A stretch of 64,000 nt of DNA from NCBI GenBank assembly GCA_045837725.1, contig JBEWZL010000145.1, positions 310,001-374,000 of the forward strand, in the 5' to 3' direction. Both the position numbers and the translations under genes were made by a program. Numbering within the stretch: position 1 is the stretch's first letter; every line of letters starts with the position of its first letter. The notes under the pieces were generated by a model, which was not told where the DNA came from, did no database searches, and saw only the letters and a program-made list of their open reading frames with translations. Origin of the DNA: Vermamoeba vermiformis (lineage: Eukaryota). Of this stretch, positions 1 to 13,488 are shown piece by piece.

Positions 1-1317
1 CGCTGTCATCAGAAAAGACCACGTGCTTGCCTTCAAACAGACTGAACTTGCCAGCTCTGTTCATCTTTGTTTCAACGGTCTCAAGCTCTTTCTTGATCTC
101 TTCGTAAGCGGCATCAGCGGGGTCCAAGGGCTGTTCCTCGCTTTCACTTTCTTCTTCCTCGTCTTTCTTTTCTTCCTTTGCTTCAGTGTTGTTGTTCGTC
201 TTGACGAGTGGTGGCAGATCATCGTCTTCATCTTCGGAGGATTCGAGTTCATTTTCACCCTCTTCAACGACACCTTCTCCCACGACGCCACCAACGACCT
301 TTTGACCCGGTTCGTTCGTGCCCTCGGCTTCGCTGTCACTTTCTTCGCTCTCAAAGACGACGCGTTGGCCAGCGAAAATGGAGAACTCGCCCTTCTCGTT
401 GATTTTAGCGGGTGCTTTGGCCAATTTCTCTTTAATGTCCTCGTAGTCCAAGTCTGCGTCTTTGATCTCTTCCATCATCATTTGCATGCGCTCAATGTCG
501 ATTTCTTTGTGCGAGTTTTCATCTTCTTGCATCTCTTTCATAATCTTTTCAATCAGCGTGTATTTTCGGTCCATAATCTCCGCGGGAGATTTTTCTTCAA
601 TTTTCTTCTCGCTGTCAATGTCAACCATGCTCTCGGCAGCATGAGTATTGGGCAAGTTGTTATTATTGTTTTTGTTATCTTCGCCATCGCCACCGCTTTG
701 TCCACTTGAGCCGGTATTGTTGTTACTTGCAGAAGCAGATCCGGTTTGATTTGACACGCTCGTGCTAGTGTTAGTTTGACTGGAGTTATTATTGTTACTG
801 CTTCCAGAACCTCCTCCAGAGTTCATGCACTGAATCATAGGCACCGAGGAGGTGGTTGATGACGTGTCGTGTGCATTGTGCTCCATACCAGAGTTGTTAT
901 TGTTAGGCGCAGCATCGGGGTAGTAAGTATAATACAGTTGATAGTAATATTCAGGATTGGTTTGATACAAGTGATTCCAATATTCAGCTGCTGCTTGTTC
1001 GTCCATTTGTGTAATATCTCCCTCATAATTTATAGGACTAGGTTCGTGCTTAATCTTCCTTCGTTTGTTTGGACGGATCTGCGCATTATGTTAGTTGGAA
1101 ATGACTTTGTTAGTAATATTCAGGACGTACCTTTCCTCCTCCAAAGTTTTTAGGTAATCCCAGTGCTTCATAAGTAATGGTATCTTCTGTGGTAAGCTCT
1201 TTTATTTGTGACGTCTGGATCCAGTAATTAGCTTTCTTGTATTGTTACAAATAATGATCTTACCTGTTGGCCTTGCACCACAACATCGATTATTTCTTCA
1301 ATTATTTCGCGGCACAT
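1..1317 (-). CDS. 5' part of a large acidic/low-complexity protein, possibly trimethylguanosine synthase (TGS1)-like N-terminus; runs off window start
   Basis: ATG at 1317, two short introns; spliced MCREIIEEIIDVVVQGQQ-TSQIKELTTEDTITYEALGLPKNFGGGK-...EYWNHLYQTNPEYYYQLYY, then an open Asn/Ser- and Glu-rich frame to base 1. LGLPxxFG and the W/Y-rich block recall TGS1 N-termini; no catalytic domain in the window. Confidence 0.5.
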
Positions 1318-1788
1318 TTTTCTGATTTTCTTTCGTCTCTGAAAAAACCGATCGCGATCAGATCGATCATCGAATAAACGATAAAAAATATTTGATTATA
1401 CAGATACCTTCTTATCGCTAATTTTCATCATTTCCGCGGGGTAAGAGGTTTTTTGTTGCCTAACGAATTTTTTAGAATTTGTTTCTGGATGGGATCCAGG
1501 TTGCATTACAATACTTACTCAAAAACAACCTTTGTAACCAGAAGTCTAACATTATTAACTCGTGTATCAACGAGGAGCTGGATCGGCTGGGGCTTCACAA
1601 CTGTTGGAGCCATTGACATGAATTGTTAGTATTTTCTTTTGTTGTGAGGGCTGTGCTAGAGTATGATGATTGCTCTTGTAATGGTCTTGCGCTTTTCAGT
1701 AAGTTAAATGAAAAATCAATAACTTTTCGAAGACCACGTTTTTTGGATCGGATCGCAAAAATTTTATTTACAAAAAATGCACAAATTA

Positions 1789-3569
1789 CTAACTCGCGTG
1801 ATAAATCTTCAACACACGAGTGATCTGATTGTTGCACACAGGACACTGTTTGAGCTGTTTGGTCGTTGTGCAGTCATGACACACGATCAAATGATTGCAC
1901 TCTAACAGCACCACATTGGCCGTATTGTCCATACATATGCAGCACAGTGATTGTTCCTCTAACTTATTAATCTTATCGTGCTTGGCCTTCAGATCACGCT
2001 CCAGGTGCACAATACGTCGAATTAGCAACATGACGTCTGATTCATTCGCGTCAAGTGGTCCGGTCGGCGTGTTCGTGCCAAAAATTGAATCAACGAGCTG
2101 ATCTAGCCGCGTCTGTTCTTCACTTGAAAAACTAATTAAATTATCTTCATTAGTTGTGGCAGTCGTGCTTGTCGTGTTGTTGTTAACACTGGTCTTCAAC
2201 GGCTCTTCAGGCTTTTGATTATTAGTCGCCAAGTCCTCCCAGTTCTCACTGACCGGTGCATCTTTTTTGTTCGTGTTGTTTTCAGGCTCATCCCACCACG
2301 GGTCTTTCTTTTCTGGCGGAGGACTTTGCACTGCCTTTTGATTGGTCGCTGGTTTGACCTCTTCCACGGGAACAGGTATTGGAATCTCTCCACTGCTACT
2401 CAGCCTAGAATTAAATAAGTAAAAGTCGTTAGTATGCACATTGACGTACTTGAGTCGTTCTCGTTCATCGGGGAAAAGTGCTTTAATAACTTCTTCGTGG
2501 TTGAAAATCAGCGCGTAATCAATGGCTGTTTTGTTCTCGCTATCTGTTAAAGACATATCGTTAAGTAACAAGTAATATAACATCGTATCAAGCTACTATT
2601 TACCTGTTTGATAAATATTTGCACCGTTCTTCATCAAAAATGAAACTATTTTAGCATGACCTTCCATCGATGCCAATATTAATGGCGTGTATCCTGCGAT
2701 GAGTAAATATATTAGCATATTTTCCCATTATTTATCAATCGCATTATCGTACCAGGCAATGAAATGCAATTAACGTCCATGTGCATTGTCTCCACGAGGT
2801 ACTTCACAATGTCAAGCCTGCCGTGCTGTGCTGCAATGTGTAACACGTTGTACCCGACATCATCGCCCTCATATATAATCACACTGTCTTTGTTCAACAT
2901 CTGTTGCATTGTGTACAAATTGCCATCGCGTGCAGCGTTGTGCAACATTGCCCTAATGTCAAAGTCAGTCCTCGTGTCACACGCGATCATTCTACGTACG
3001 GAGTGGTGGGGAGAGTATTATAGACGGGAGGTGGGGGCGGAGGGATTGGACTGAACCGTGAGGGCACTCTTGAAGGCACGGCTGGGTTGGTGACTAGATT
3101 GACAGGTCGTTGTTGGTTGGCCAATAATTCTTGACATAATGTTTGTAATAACGGAAATGTTTTGATCATTCTAAATATGTGATTAATTAATTTGTATTAT
3201 CATTGATTTTCGCCATGCAAAGACTTACTGATCGAATTTCGAAAAGTCACTCCGCAGCATAGCCAAGACTGCACTTAATGGTGGATCATTTATGAATCGA
3301 CCAGGATTAGGCAGTGTACAAATAGCAGAGAATAGGCCGGTCTTGAACAACCGCTCTAATATCAGCTTGCTAAAATTGAAAATTCAATAAAATTAGCAAA
3401 ATTATAGGATAAAATCAGTTTGATAGGTTGAGGTAAGTACCAATCAGATCATAATTAATAAATATTATTATAATCCATTGGAATTCAATTGTTTCTTTGG
3501 AGCCACAATAAATAAACCAACTTACTCTGGCTGCGAAAAAGCTGGCTGATTCGGAAAAAACCTATCCAT
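1789..3569 (-). CDS. Ankyrin-repeat protein with C-terminal C3HC4 RING finger (putative E3 ligase); helical STI1-like N-terminus
   Basis: Ankyrin motifs GYNVLHIAAQHGRLDIVKYLV and GYTPLILASMEGHAKIVSFL; RING CCICMDNTANVVLLECNHLIVCHDC...CPVC; ATG at 3569 splices in frame through several introns. Confidence 0.85.
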
Positions 3570-3741
3570 ATTTATGCAATTATATATCTACCCAACTACC
3601 TCTGTTGAGGTCAGTTAGTTGTTTTCGATCTGAAACTTCAAATTTCAGAATTTCGTTTACGCTCAACAAGCGAACACAAACGCACAACAAATTACGAACA
3701 ACATTAGATGAATTTGTAATAAAATAATAATAACAAGTACA

Positions 3742-5149
3742 ATGGCAACTGGTAAGCATAAAATTGATTTGACAGATCAAGCTTGAACGTAGCTCTGATC
3801 CCAAGTAATTGATTAATTAGCGCAATTAATTAACGCGTATTTATTATTTTATACCTACCAAGTGCCTATTCGTTGACGAAAAGATATTAATCTTTCAATT
3901 GATTACAGCTCAACCAGCACGATCAAGAACTCTATTAGGATATTTTGAAGCAGCGTGGTGCTTATTTGAATATTTATTTTTAATTATTCTCACTTGGTTT
4001 ATTTGGGGGTTATTGCGATCGCAAAATGTTTTGCCTAAGGACCAATCAGAGCCATTAGTACGTTTGTTAAAATGACCAATATTGATGTATTAAATCTAAC
4101 AATATTTAATTAAATAGAAACCATTTGATTTCTCAGGCAGCAAGTCAATTCCCGATCTCGTTACAGATCTGGCGCGCTACATCTTTATCAATGCCGCGCA
4201 TAATATTCGCAACGTAGCACTCGGCTTTGGTGTTGGAGCTATTGAGACAGGGCTCGTCATATCCCTACTATTGCTGCGCTACAAGTCATTGTTGCAAGTC
4301 AAACGCCCTCTGTTGCCCAACTTGTAGGTCCATTATATCTAATCCCTATTAATATATACATATTAATATATTACTACAGTCTCGGCGTCCATCAATTCCG
4401 CTTGTCTAAGACGGCCTTGTTCTTGATGTCTTTCCACGTGTTTGGCTTCTTTTTGGCCCTCGTGCTGCAATCCGTCACCAATCGCTGGGTGTTCTCAATG
4501 GACAATTTTCTCAACGAAGAGACTGGCGGCATTGAACACTTCAAGCTGTTTCAACTGCTGTTCTTTATCCCGATCAAAGAAGAGATTGTCTTCCGAGGAA
4601 TAATTTTCACAATTTTGAACAACAGGTACGTGTCCATGACCAAAGTTATTAATAGAGCTCATCAATTGATATTTGCGATAGAAATCCAAGCGTACGATTC
4701 AGTGCCGTGGTGTGCAACTTGTGCTTTGGTTTGTTCCACTTGATCAACTTGCTGAAGAGCTCCGCACCTGCTTATGTCGCCTTTCAAGTAAGCATCGATA
4801 TTTGAGCATTAAGACAGGTCCTAATGTGCGATTAGATTGCTCTTGGAATGGAGATTGGTGTCGTGTACAGCATGCGCTACGTGCTGAGCGGCACTATTTG
4901 GGAATGTCTCATCCTGCACATCACGAACAATCTCACCTCGGGCTTTGTGTCCTCGAAGAACGACAACATTCACAACCCATCCGTGCAACTCTCTGGTAAG
5001 TCACACCTGTTTGACGCGTGTCAAGTGTCACTGTACTAATGTCCCTTTTAGTCACTCTCACTGTCGTTGTGTACTTTGTCGTCTTGGTACTCAACTGGAA
5101 TAAGCTCAAAGAAAAAGAACGTGTTGAGGGCAGCAAAAAGACGGCATAA
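3742..5149 (+). CDS. CPBP/Abi (CAAX protease type II-like) intramembrane metalloprotease
   Basis: Motifs KEEIVFRG, FGLFH and ILHITNN plus several hydrophobic helices; ATG GCA ACT G|gtaag first exon at 3742, TAA at 5147-5149. Confidence 0.8.
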
Positions 5150-5899
5150 AGGACCTTTTTTAAACAAACACTCTTTCACAATTGGGCCGGCTCTGCTTAA
5201 AAGGTAAGCTCGTATCAATATGTTGATGATATTTGGGACTATTGACTACGTCCACCAATCAATTCCAATACTACGACGCGTTCTTCAAGACCGAAGCTCA
5301 AGCGAATGGAAGTGCCAAGAATCGCCTTTGTTTATATAATATTATTCGTTTAGAAATCTTGTTCATTTACACCAGAATTACTTGGCTTCTGGATTTATTG
5401 GCTTTAACTTTCCGCGCGATACGTAATAGTTCAACAGCCCTTCGGTTCTTTCTAACAAATCAGCGAACTTTTGCTTTTTATCGGCAAACTCTTGGTTTTC
5501 ATCAACAAGGGCGTCCTCCGCTTTTGAGCCTTGGGAAAAATAATAACTGATTAAGAAATATCATTAATTTTCTTACCTGCAAAAAAGACTTCGAGTTTCT
5601 CTATTTTCGTCCGTTGCCGGCAATCCTCGACCGAACCAACAACAGGTTTTTCACTCATGATTATAGGTGATTTAACCTGCAAAAAAGAGAGGGGTGATGA
5701 GAAATGAAACTCGCCTGCTCCGGCGACCTTACCAGAGGCAGCAAAAGTACCACTAAAAGATAAATGTCGTACGGCTCTGTTTGATAAAAAAGAGTTGTAC
5801 TGAGTTAAAACTGATTGTACGCGACAGGTGCAGCAGTGTAAAACACAGCCGTGTTGTTCTAGCTCATATACGACGTAGCTCCAGCCAAGCCAGTCAATC

Positions 5900-6520
5900 T
5901 TGACCTTCATTTGGTAAATCTACAAAGGTCAGCGAATGATTTCCACCAATTACACTTCACGACTACTTACTTCGTTGTTTTTGTTTGTCACATGCAGAGC
6001 GGGCTCGTAGCCAGCATTGCTCGCAGTGCCATAAATCCACTGTCCAAATCGAGTCGGTGTGCCACCAATAGGAGCAGTATTCTTCACGTCCCAACTGAAG
6101 TATCTGAAACCAGCGGGCACGGTGAATGAAAGGCTCACAATGCCGTAGGAGTCAAAGTCGAGTGGCATATCTTGCGGCTGGCTCAAGTCAAGCACAGTTC
6201 GAGCAACGGCATCTTAATCTCGCGAGAGCTATTTGACTTTGATATAATAAGTCCTTCTCAGGCTCAGGTGTGTAAAAGATTTCGACGGGGAACATACGAC
6301 CAGGCACTTTCTTTAATATAGTGCAGTATTGAGCCTGAGACTTTGACTTGTACCTCGTGCCGAAGTTGGAGCTGCACCGCTGTCGTAGAACGGATTGCCG
6401 TAGAAAAAGTTGAAGTGAAGTGGGCGACCATAACGCTTCATGGACTCTACAAAGGTAGTGTATCGATCCAAGCTGTACACTCCCTGCGATAGTTCGATCC
6501 TATCCGCTTGTTAGAACGTT
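5900..6520 (-). pseudogene. Chimeric gene remnant: glycoside-hydrolase-like fragment, DEAH-helicase fragment and carbohydrate-binding-like fragment
   Basis: Pieces in different frames: RIELSQGVYSLDRY...FFYGNPFYDSGAAP; KVPGRMFPVEIFYTPEPEKD (6249-6310); PIGGTPTRFGQWIYG...KIDWLGWSYV. No continuous ORF could be built. Confidence 0.55.
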
Positions 6521-6782
6521 TTCGCACGAAAGAGGTCTTCATTGCTACGCAGTACTGCCGAATAACATTTTTGCCTTCCTACTTTTAACAATAAATAATG
6601 CAACCGGCTGGCAGATACATGTGTACCAAATCTTAAACAGGCAATTCCTAACAACTGGCAACAGATACTCTGATTCTCATACTGCGAGGATCGTCACCGA
6701 AAATAAATCATACGGGTTGTCGCATTGTGTCGATGATGTTAGTGCGCAATTAAATCGTTTATCAAAATTGCGTGATTAGCTC

Positions 6783-8748
6783 TTACATGTCTTCAACCTT
6801 GACAACCTTATCCTCGAACTTGATGCCCAAAGCCTCGAGCTCGTCGAGAATGGGGTGGTACAACTCGGGAGTGGTGGGGATGTAAATACCAGGGGACAAC
6901 TTGACTTTTTTCTGCACAGAACATTGTTAGCCATTGCGACAAGCGCTCAACCAATACTAGGACGTACCTCGAGGACCAAGCGGATAGCAATGGCAACGGG
7001 GAATGAGACAGTGCGGCTCATGGCAGTGTCACCATTGGGCTCACCGAATGAAATCAAAGTAGAGCTGTGGTTGTAATTAATCATGGAAACTAGTTAGATG
7101 TTAAGCACGAGAGCACTTACGTAATGTACTCGCGTTTCTTGGTCTCAGGGTACTCAGCGGTGAACTTGTGTTGCATCAAAATCATGTCCTTCTCGCCATC
7201 CTTGTAGACCATACGTTTCAACATAGCAGCGCACAAAGCGTCAAGACGAGTAGTGACGTCTCTGGGCACGGGGATGTCTTCGAACAAACCCAACCAAGCG
7301 AATCTCTTGATGATGTCGTCGTCGCGAGAGAGGTGCAAGAAAGCAGCAACATCAGCTTGGAGATCAGTGCTGTCAGGCTTGTTGATCAACTCAGCCAAGA
7401 GTTCCTTGTAAGTCTTGCCAGCGAAGTCTCTAGTCTCGAGGTCCAAGTAGTTAATGTCAGCGAACTTCTTGATGGTGGGGCACCAGCCTGGTCGAGACAT
7501 TAACACACGGTTCTATTGAAGGGTGACAAGTAGCACGTACCTCTGTATCTGTAAGTACCACGGATCATACCGCGGGCATTGGGGATGTTGTAGATTTCGA
7601 GGTATTGGTTGGAGTTACGGTTAGGATAAGACTCGAATTCACCGAGACCTGTGCATGACGATTAATGAATTGTAGCATTGTCAAAGTGTTTTGCGTACCT
7701 TCAAAAGCGGTGACTTGATAGTTGTCGAACAAGTCCTTGCCGGGAATGTAGACCTCTTTGCCGTCCTTCAAGAAACGAGCATCGTTCTTGCCAGCGAGCA
7801 AAACACCACGAGGAGCCCAGCTGAACTTGTAGCCGAAAGGATTGTCGTTGGAATCAGGAGCAGGGAGACCTTTATATTAATTACTACTTTGGTCCAGTAC
7901 CAATTATCAAATGGACGTACCACCGCAGAATGAGCTGAAGTCAACAACATTGCCGCCCTTGGCCTTGACACCGTCAATAACTCTCATAGCGCTGGAAGAA
8001 TAGTATACATTAATATTATATTCACTGTTATGATGATAAACGGTATTAATTACCTCATGTGATCAGAACCAGGATCCACACCGCACTCGTTCAAGAGAAC
8101 AATACCAGCGCTCTTAGCTTCTTCTTCGAGGGCCCTCATGGCATCGGAGACGTAAGAAGTAGTGAAGAAGTGCTTTTTGTGCTTGATGGCTGTTAATCAT
8201 AGGGTCAATATTGTCGGAGATAATGGAGCGAAATGTCGGTTCGATCCAATTAGCCAACGAATTTATCATTAATTTGTGAATGTTATGAATAAACTTACCG
8301 AACTTGGCGCAAGTAGCGTGATACAAGTAAGGCAACATAGACACAACAGCATCAACTTCAGCAGTCCAAGAGTCGATCAGATGAAGATCCTCGTCCTTAG
8401 TAACGTCGGCGCGTCTGGCTTCAGCATGGGCAGCGCCTATCGTCATATAATTAATTAAACCGCTTTTCGATTTTCTTTGATTTTTTGAAATTTTGTATTT
8501 GTGGATCTTCATTTGTTTATGTGGTATTAAAGTTTAACAAACGTGATATTTAACGATACCACCCACCCCAAGTTTATCTTTAAGTATTATTTGAATTATT
8601 GTGCGAGCTTACCCTTGATCAGCTCTTCGGCGTTTTGCAAAGTACGGTTGGCAACGATCACATGGAAGTTGTGCTTAGACAAGTAGTGCACGAGAGGCTT
8701 AGTGACCAAACCGGCACCCAAAACTAATACTTTGCCTTGAACGGACAT
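6783..8748 (-). CDS. Saccharopine dehydrogenase (LYS9 / AASS SDH-domain-like)
   Basis: [81 protein letters not shown]; multi-exon. Confidence 0.92.
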
Positions 8749-8980
8749 GATTGCGATGTAGTTCTCCTGTAAAGCTAATGAACAAAATTGGCAACGGGAC
8801 TCATTTGCTTCTAAGACTTGTCCGACGGGAGAACGCCAATTACAAAAAAAAAATAATTTGAATAATGTAGGATGGTACCATAAGCATCACCACTTGATTC
8901 AAATTTTCGGTGGCTCGATCGCATCTGGATCCAAGATTATAATTGCCGTTTTTACTTGTATTTTACATTTATCGCGACAA

Positions 8981-11544
8981 TTAAGCAAATGACATGCCTT
9001 CCATAGTAATTTCTTTAGGCATAATACCTAACCAGATCAGAAGTTGAAGCCATTTGGCGGCAAACCAATATCCAGCTTCGTACATCTTCAAATGACCTTC
9101 GAACGACAGATAGTCCTTCCAACTACTTAAAAATGCAGCTAGAAATAGAATTGGTAAGTTACATGAAAGTACTAGATGTGAGGTCGACTGCTTACCTTTG
9201 CTCTTATTTTTCTGAATTCCACGAACACTCTGACGCGCGAATAAGGTGAATCGATTGACCGGAGCACCGAGTTCGTGGTTGATTGAACGTACCAAGTTGC
9301 TAAATAAAGGTAAGTACTTGCGTACAAGCTTTCTCTTCCATAGTTGGCTTACTTGTTACGCAGCAACAATAACATCTCTGGCGGCATCGCTTTCATAACA
9401 TTAACAAACTTCTCACGCTCCTTTTCGAATCCTTTCATCAGCTCTTTAATCTGTTCTTTTGTCATCTTGCCTTTCATGCCAACGCGAGCGTCCCTAGTGT
9501 GGTTGAATGTTAGCCTCGGCCTGTGACAGAATATTGACTGACGTACTTATCGAGAGGTCGCATCAAGATAATGAAGCCAAATAACTTCCAATCTTCGATG
9601 CCTATTTCCAAGCACAACCTTTTGAAATCATCAAACTTGTTCAACACCTGTACGACAGTGAGTACGCGCGAATGGCAACTCAATAGTGAACTTACCAAGC
9701 TTTTGTACATCTTGCAGAATCTCACGCGGAAATCTTCCGTCAATTCGTTGTACAGACCGTGATCCAGCAACACAACTTGCGCGCGGCCAGTTTGAGGATT
9801 CTTGCGCACCATCAGATTACCAGGGTGAGGATCTGCGTGGAGGAAGCTAATGTGCACGTTAGTTTTCGTATCAAAGGAGATCTATGGGCTACGTACCCGT
9901 GCACGAAAATTTGTTCACCAAGTACTGTAATCATTTTCTCCATAGTCTAGCGAAACTGTCAATAACACGCGATGAGATGTTGCCTCTTAATTACCTCTTT
10001 AGGGTCAATGCCATTCTTTTTCATGGCTGCAGCGTCATTGATTTTGACGCCGTGAATGAACTCCGAGGTCAAAACTCGAGGGCCAGTAATGTTCTAGTAC
10101 ATGTTAGCATGCACTCAGGATGGCAAGAATGTGCACGTACCCAATGCACCGTCGGAATGTAGCAGTCCTTCTTATTTGTAATATTCTTGTAAGCGCGCTC
10201 GGAGTTTTCAGCCTCGTGCAGAAAGTCCATTTCTTTGCGAAGAATTTCTCTGAAGATGTCGCCAGTCCACGAGAAGTCGTAGTCAGGGAATATCTTTGCA
10301 ATCAACTTTAACATTACATCGTGTGTCCACATGTCACCATCGAATCACTCTTGGAGTTCCGGGTATTGTAACTGTAATGCATTTAGTACAATGCCACGTA
10401 AGATTGCCACCAAACTCACCTTGACAGCGACTTCCCTGCCATCGTGTAAAACTGCGTGGTGTACTTGCCTATAATTGCATTGTGAGATCACGTTGTCTTT
10501 GTGATATCAATACAACTTACGCTAAACTTGCAGCGGCAATAGGTTTCTTATCGAACTCTTTAAAGCTAAGAAATTTTAACAATGGGCCCATTATTACATT
10601 TGAATGAGACTTTAACTTACTAGTACTCGAGAGGATGTCCCAAGTCCTCCACGAAGATTCGTTCCATGTCTTCGAATGGTCTGTTCGGCACTTGATCTTG
10701 CAGTACTTTCAGCGTGTCAGTGTACTCTGGTGGCACCACGTGATTGTTCGCCGCGATGTATTGGCCTCCCTTTATACTCGTGAGCACTTACTATCTAGCT
10801 GTATAAGCAGACTTACCTTAATGTATAAGCCTGCATTGGTGAGACACAAATCGAGTAGTCGTTGTGCTGTGCGCAAATGAACTGTCTTGATCTTGGCCTC
10901 GTATTCGGGTGTGTCTTCTTCCAAGCCCCTAAGAGACAGCTTGTAGTCCAACGTAACTGCTGCACCCTTAATAGGAATGAGTTGAGCTCAGCACGTGATT
11001 CCATCGAATGTTGGACTTACCACCCACAGCGCACGATTGAATCGTACAATACTGACTAATGGCTTACGAATAGGCATCAACGTCTTGCCCTTTGAGTTAT
11101 AGACGCCAACGCCAGCTAAAATCAAGCCACCAAACACCCATCGTCCTATGGCAAAGTGCAAGTTAGTATCGCATGTTGTCATGTGGTCGAAAATGGGTGC
11201 TTGTATTTTTAAGAAATGCATTAATGATGTAGATGACCAGCATTGAGCTTACGAGCTCGAATAATAATATTAGAATTATTTTAAAATATTTTTGAGGTTT
11301 GAACTCACTAGATCTGCTGAGCAGACGAGTCGAAAATTAAAATATGATATAATTTGCTCTTATTCTATGTGCAATTCACCGTACCAATCTTTCTCTTCTT
11401 AGGCTTCACAGCTCGTGAAATGTCAGCAGTTACCGTTTCAGAAGGAGCAGCGGTGGTCAACGAGCGCTTGTTTATAGGCACCTTGTTCTTCGGTACACTG
11501 GCTTTCTTAATTAAGCCTTTGAGAGCACTGAAGCCTCGCAACAT
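8981..11544 (-). CDS. ABC1/UbiB family atypical kinase (ADCK1/ADCK5-like), mitochondrial presequence; contains an in-frame TGA at 10345-10347
   Basis: PIAAASLAQVH, VAVK, LTSEF, HADPHPGNL and LLDHGLY motifs; basic N-terminus MLRGFSALKGLIKK starting at 11544. Confidence 0.88.
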
Positions 11545-12258
11545 CTGCTCTTTTTGAATAGATCTGAATACCTTTGTTGATGTCGCGTGTCAACTTAGTT
11601 GTGCGAATGAGCGTAGGCTGAGATTTATTTTTTTCTCGGCGAGAAAGTGAACTCGGAATTTTAATGTTACGCTCTTCCGTTTCGTAGTGCGTGAGTTCAA
11701 TCATTCCTATTTGTAACACATGAAACACCAAACGACACTCACACAGATATTTTGAGTGTCCGTGAGCGCCTATAGGCAATTATGCAGATTTATTATTTAA
11801 TAAGCTGAATGACATCTGGTGTTGCAATCTTCCACTCAACAAATTAAAGGGCCAAAAAAAAGCTCTGCGCTCGTACTAAAAAAGGTTTGACGAAATCGGT
11901 ACGTTATTAAGCAAATTAAAATGTTGATAGCCGCTTAATTTAATATTTGTGTTTTCACATTCAATAAAATTATTCGTGCTCGCAATTGCTATGCGTATTC
12001 TTTGGCCGTCATAAATTAAATTTGTCTCGTCACAGCAAATCGGGCAACAAAAACTAATATTGCTTGGATTTCGATGAAAGTTACAAATCTAGCAAGCTTT
12101 CGCATTTGTTTCGCTCACTTTTCAGGGCAGCTAGTTTAATTAGGCAATAAAAATCAAAAGTCCACTTTCAAATCTCTACAACTGAATACCACAAATTCGA
12201 AAGAATTAGTACTAGATCTGACGCTCGAATTCACTGGTACACCAGCACACTTTTCAAA

Positions 12259-13241
12259 ATGGTAGCGCTCAAAAGATACGACAGCTTGACTAGTATTCAA
12301 GTTATTTTATACGCTGCATTTATCCCTCTTGTTGTAAGTCGCTATGATTTTGACACTCGCGGTATTTTGCGATCTTGCTAACACGATTCAATTTCACGTT
12401 TACAGATCACAGGAGCATTTTTGATTGCAGTGACAATATTTAGTAGCGATGTTCTTGTGGATTATAATATCGAGATGCTACAAAGGTGAGTAAACAAGCA
12501 TTGTCAGCTAGATTTACTCCGTTTATTTTCTAACTTTTGATAATTTAGATTCCGTGAAAGTATTTCAAAGTACACTTCAATGCTCATGGGCGGCACGATA
12601 GTATTTGGTATTCTGACACTAACCACGGGTGTTTGTGGCATCATTGCGTACTCACATTGGAAGTTCCCTCCCGGTCGTAAAATCGAGCTAATTTTCATTG
12701 TGGTACGTACAAAGTGTAATTACATTGACATTGTTGACTTACAAGAACAGCTGTCTGTTTTTCAAGTTGTTCTGGTCGGAATCGGTCTTGCTTGCTTCTT
12801 CTGGATCTACTTTGCTCGCATGATGCAGTACACTGTAGACTTCTGCTACTCGATCGGAAAGATTTGCGACACGAACGGCTTTGAGACAGAGAAGTGCGCA
12901 ATGACTGAAGAACAGTTTGACTACTGGTGCCTCTATCGGTTCCCATTGGTAGCTGACTTAGGTAAGCTTCTTCTGTCAAATATGTCTCGTTCAACTTACT
13001 AATGCCCGCTCTTTCCGTTAGCGATGTACGCGACTATTGCAGGCTCTATTGTTGCTGTAAGTTTTTGAAAAGCATGTAGATGTGTCAGACAGCGGTGACT
13101 AACTTCAATTCACAGTTCATTGGTACTTTCCCGTTGTGTTGCCATACAGAATTGATCTTCCGTATCAATCAGACCAATAATCCAAACGCTACTGCCGGAA
13201 ACGAGATGCCCACTGACATGAAATCAACTACGAGCGCTTAG
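12259..13241 (+). CDS. Four-transmembrane, tetraspanin-like membrane protein
   Basis: Spliced ORF with about four hydrophobic segments (e.g. GILTLTTGVCGIIAY) and a Cys-containing loop before the last TM; ATG 12259, TAG 13239-13241. Confidence 0.6.
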
Positions 13242-13488
13242 AACAAGTAAATAGTGTAAATATGTACATATGTAAATTGTTAATTAAAGTTCGCCACAAT
13301 CCGAACCCTTAAGATAGTCGTCTTGCCATTCGCTGGTTTATTTTCGTTTTGCTGCGACGCGATTGGTCAATAAAAATAAATTGACGCCTGTCATTCATGT
13401 CACCAACCCAAATCAAACAAAATAAAACCGTTTTTCTTTATTATCTCGTTCAAACTCGCAGCAACAACGCAAACTTTTATAATTAACA

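Noticed and set aside
23..709. 228-aa hydrophobic plus-strand ORF
   Set aside because: Antisense shadow of the Glu/Lys-rich minus-strand gene that runs off the window start
5378..5680. Small minus-strand two-exon gene ending ...RGKLKPINPEAK
   Set aside because: The coding-looking last exon could not be linked in frame to a start codon; possibly another remnant, so not called
8760..8980. SECIS for the ADCK in-frame TGA
   Set aside because: No RUGA/AA/GA hairpin seen, and the position corresponds to Arg, not Cys
11507..11779. 90-aa minus ORF as a separate gene
   Set aside because: Overlaps the true ADCK first exon (ATG 11544) in another frame and has no recognisable features
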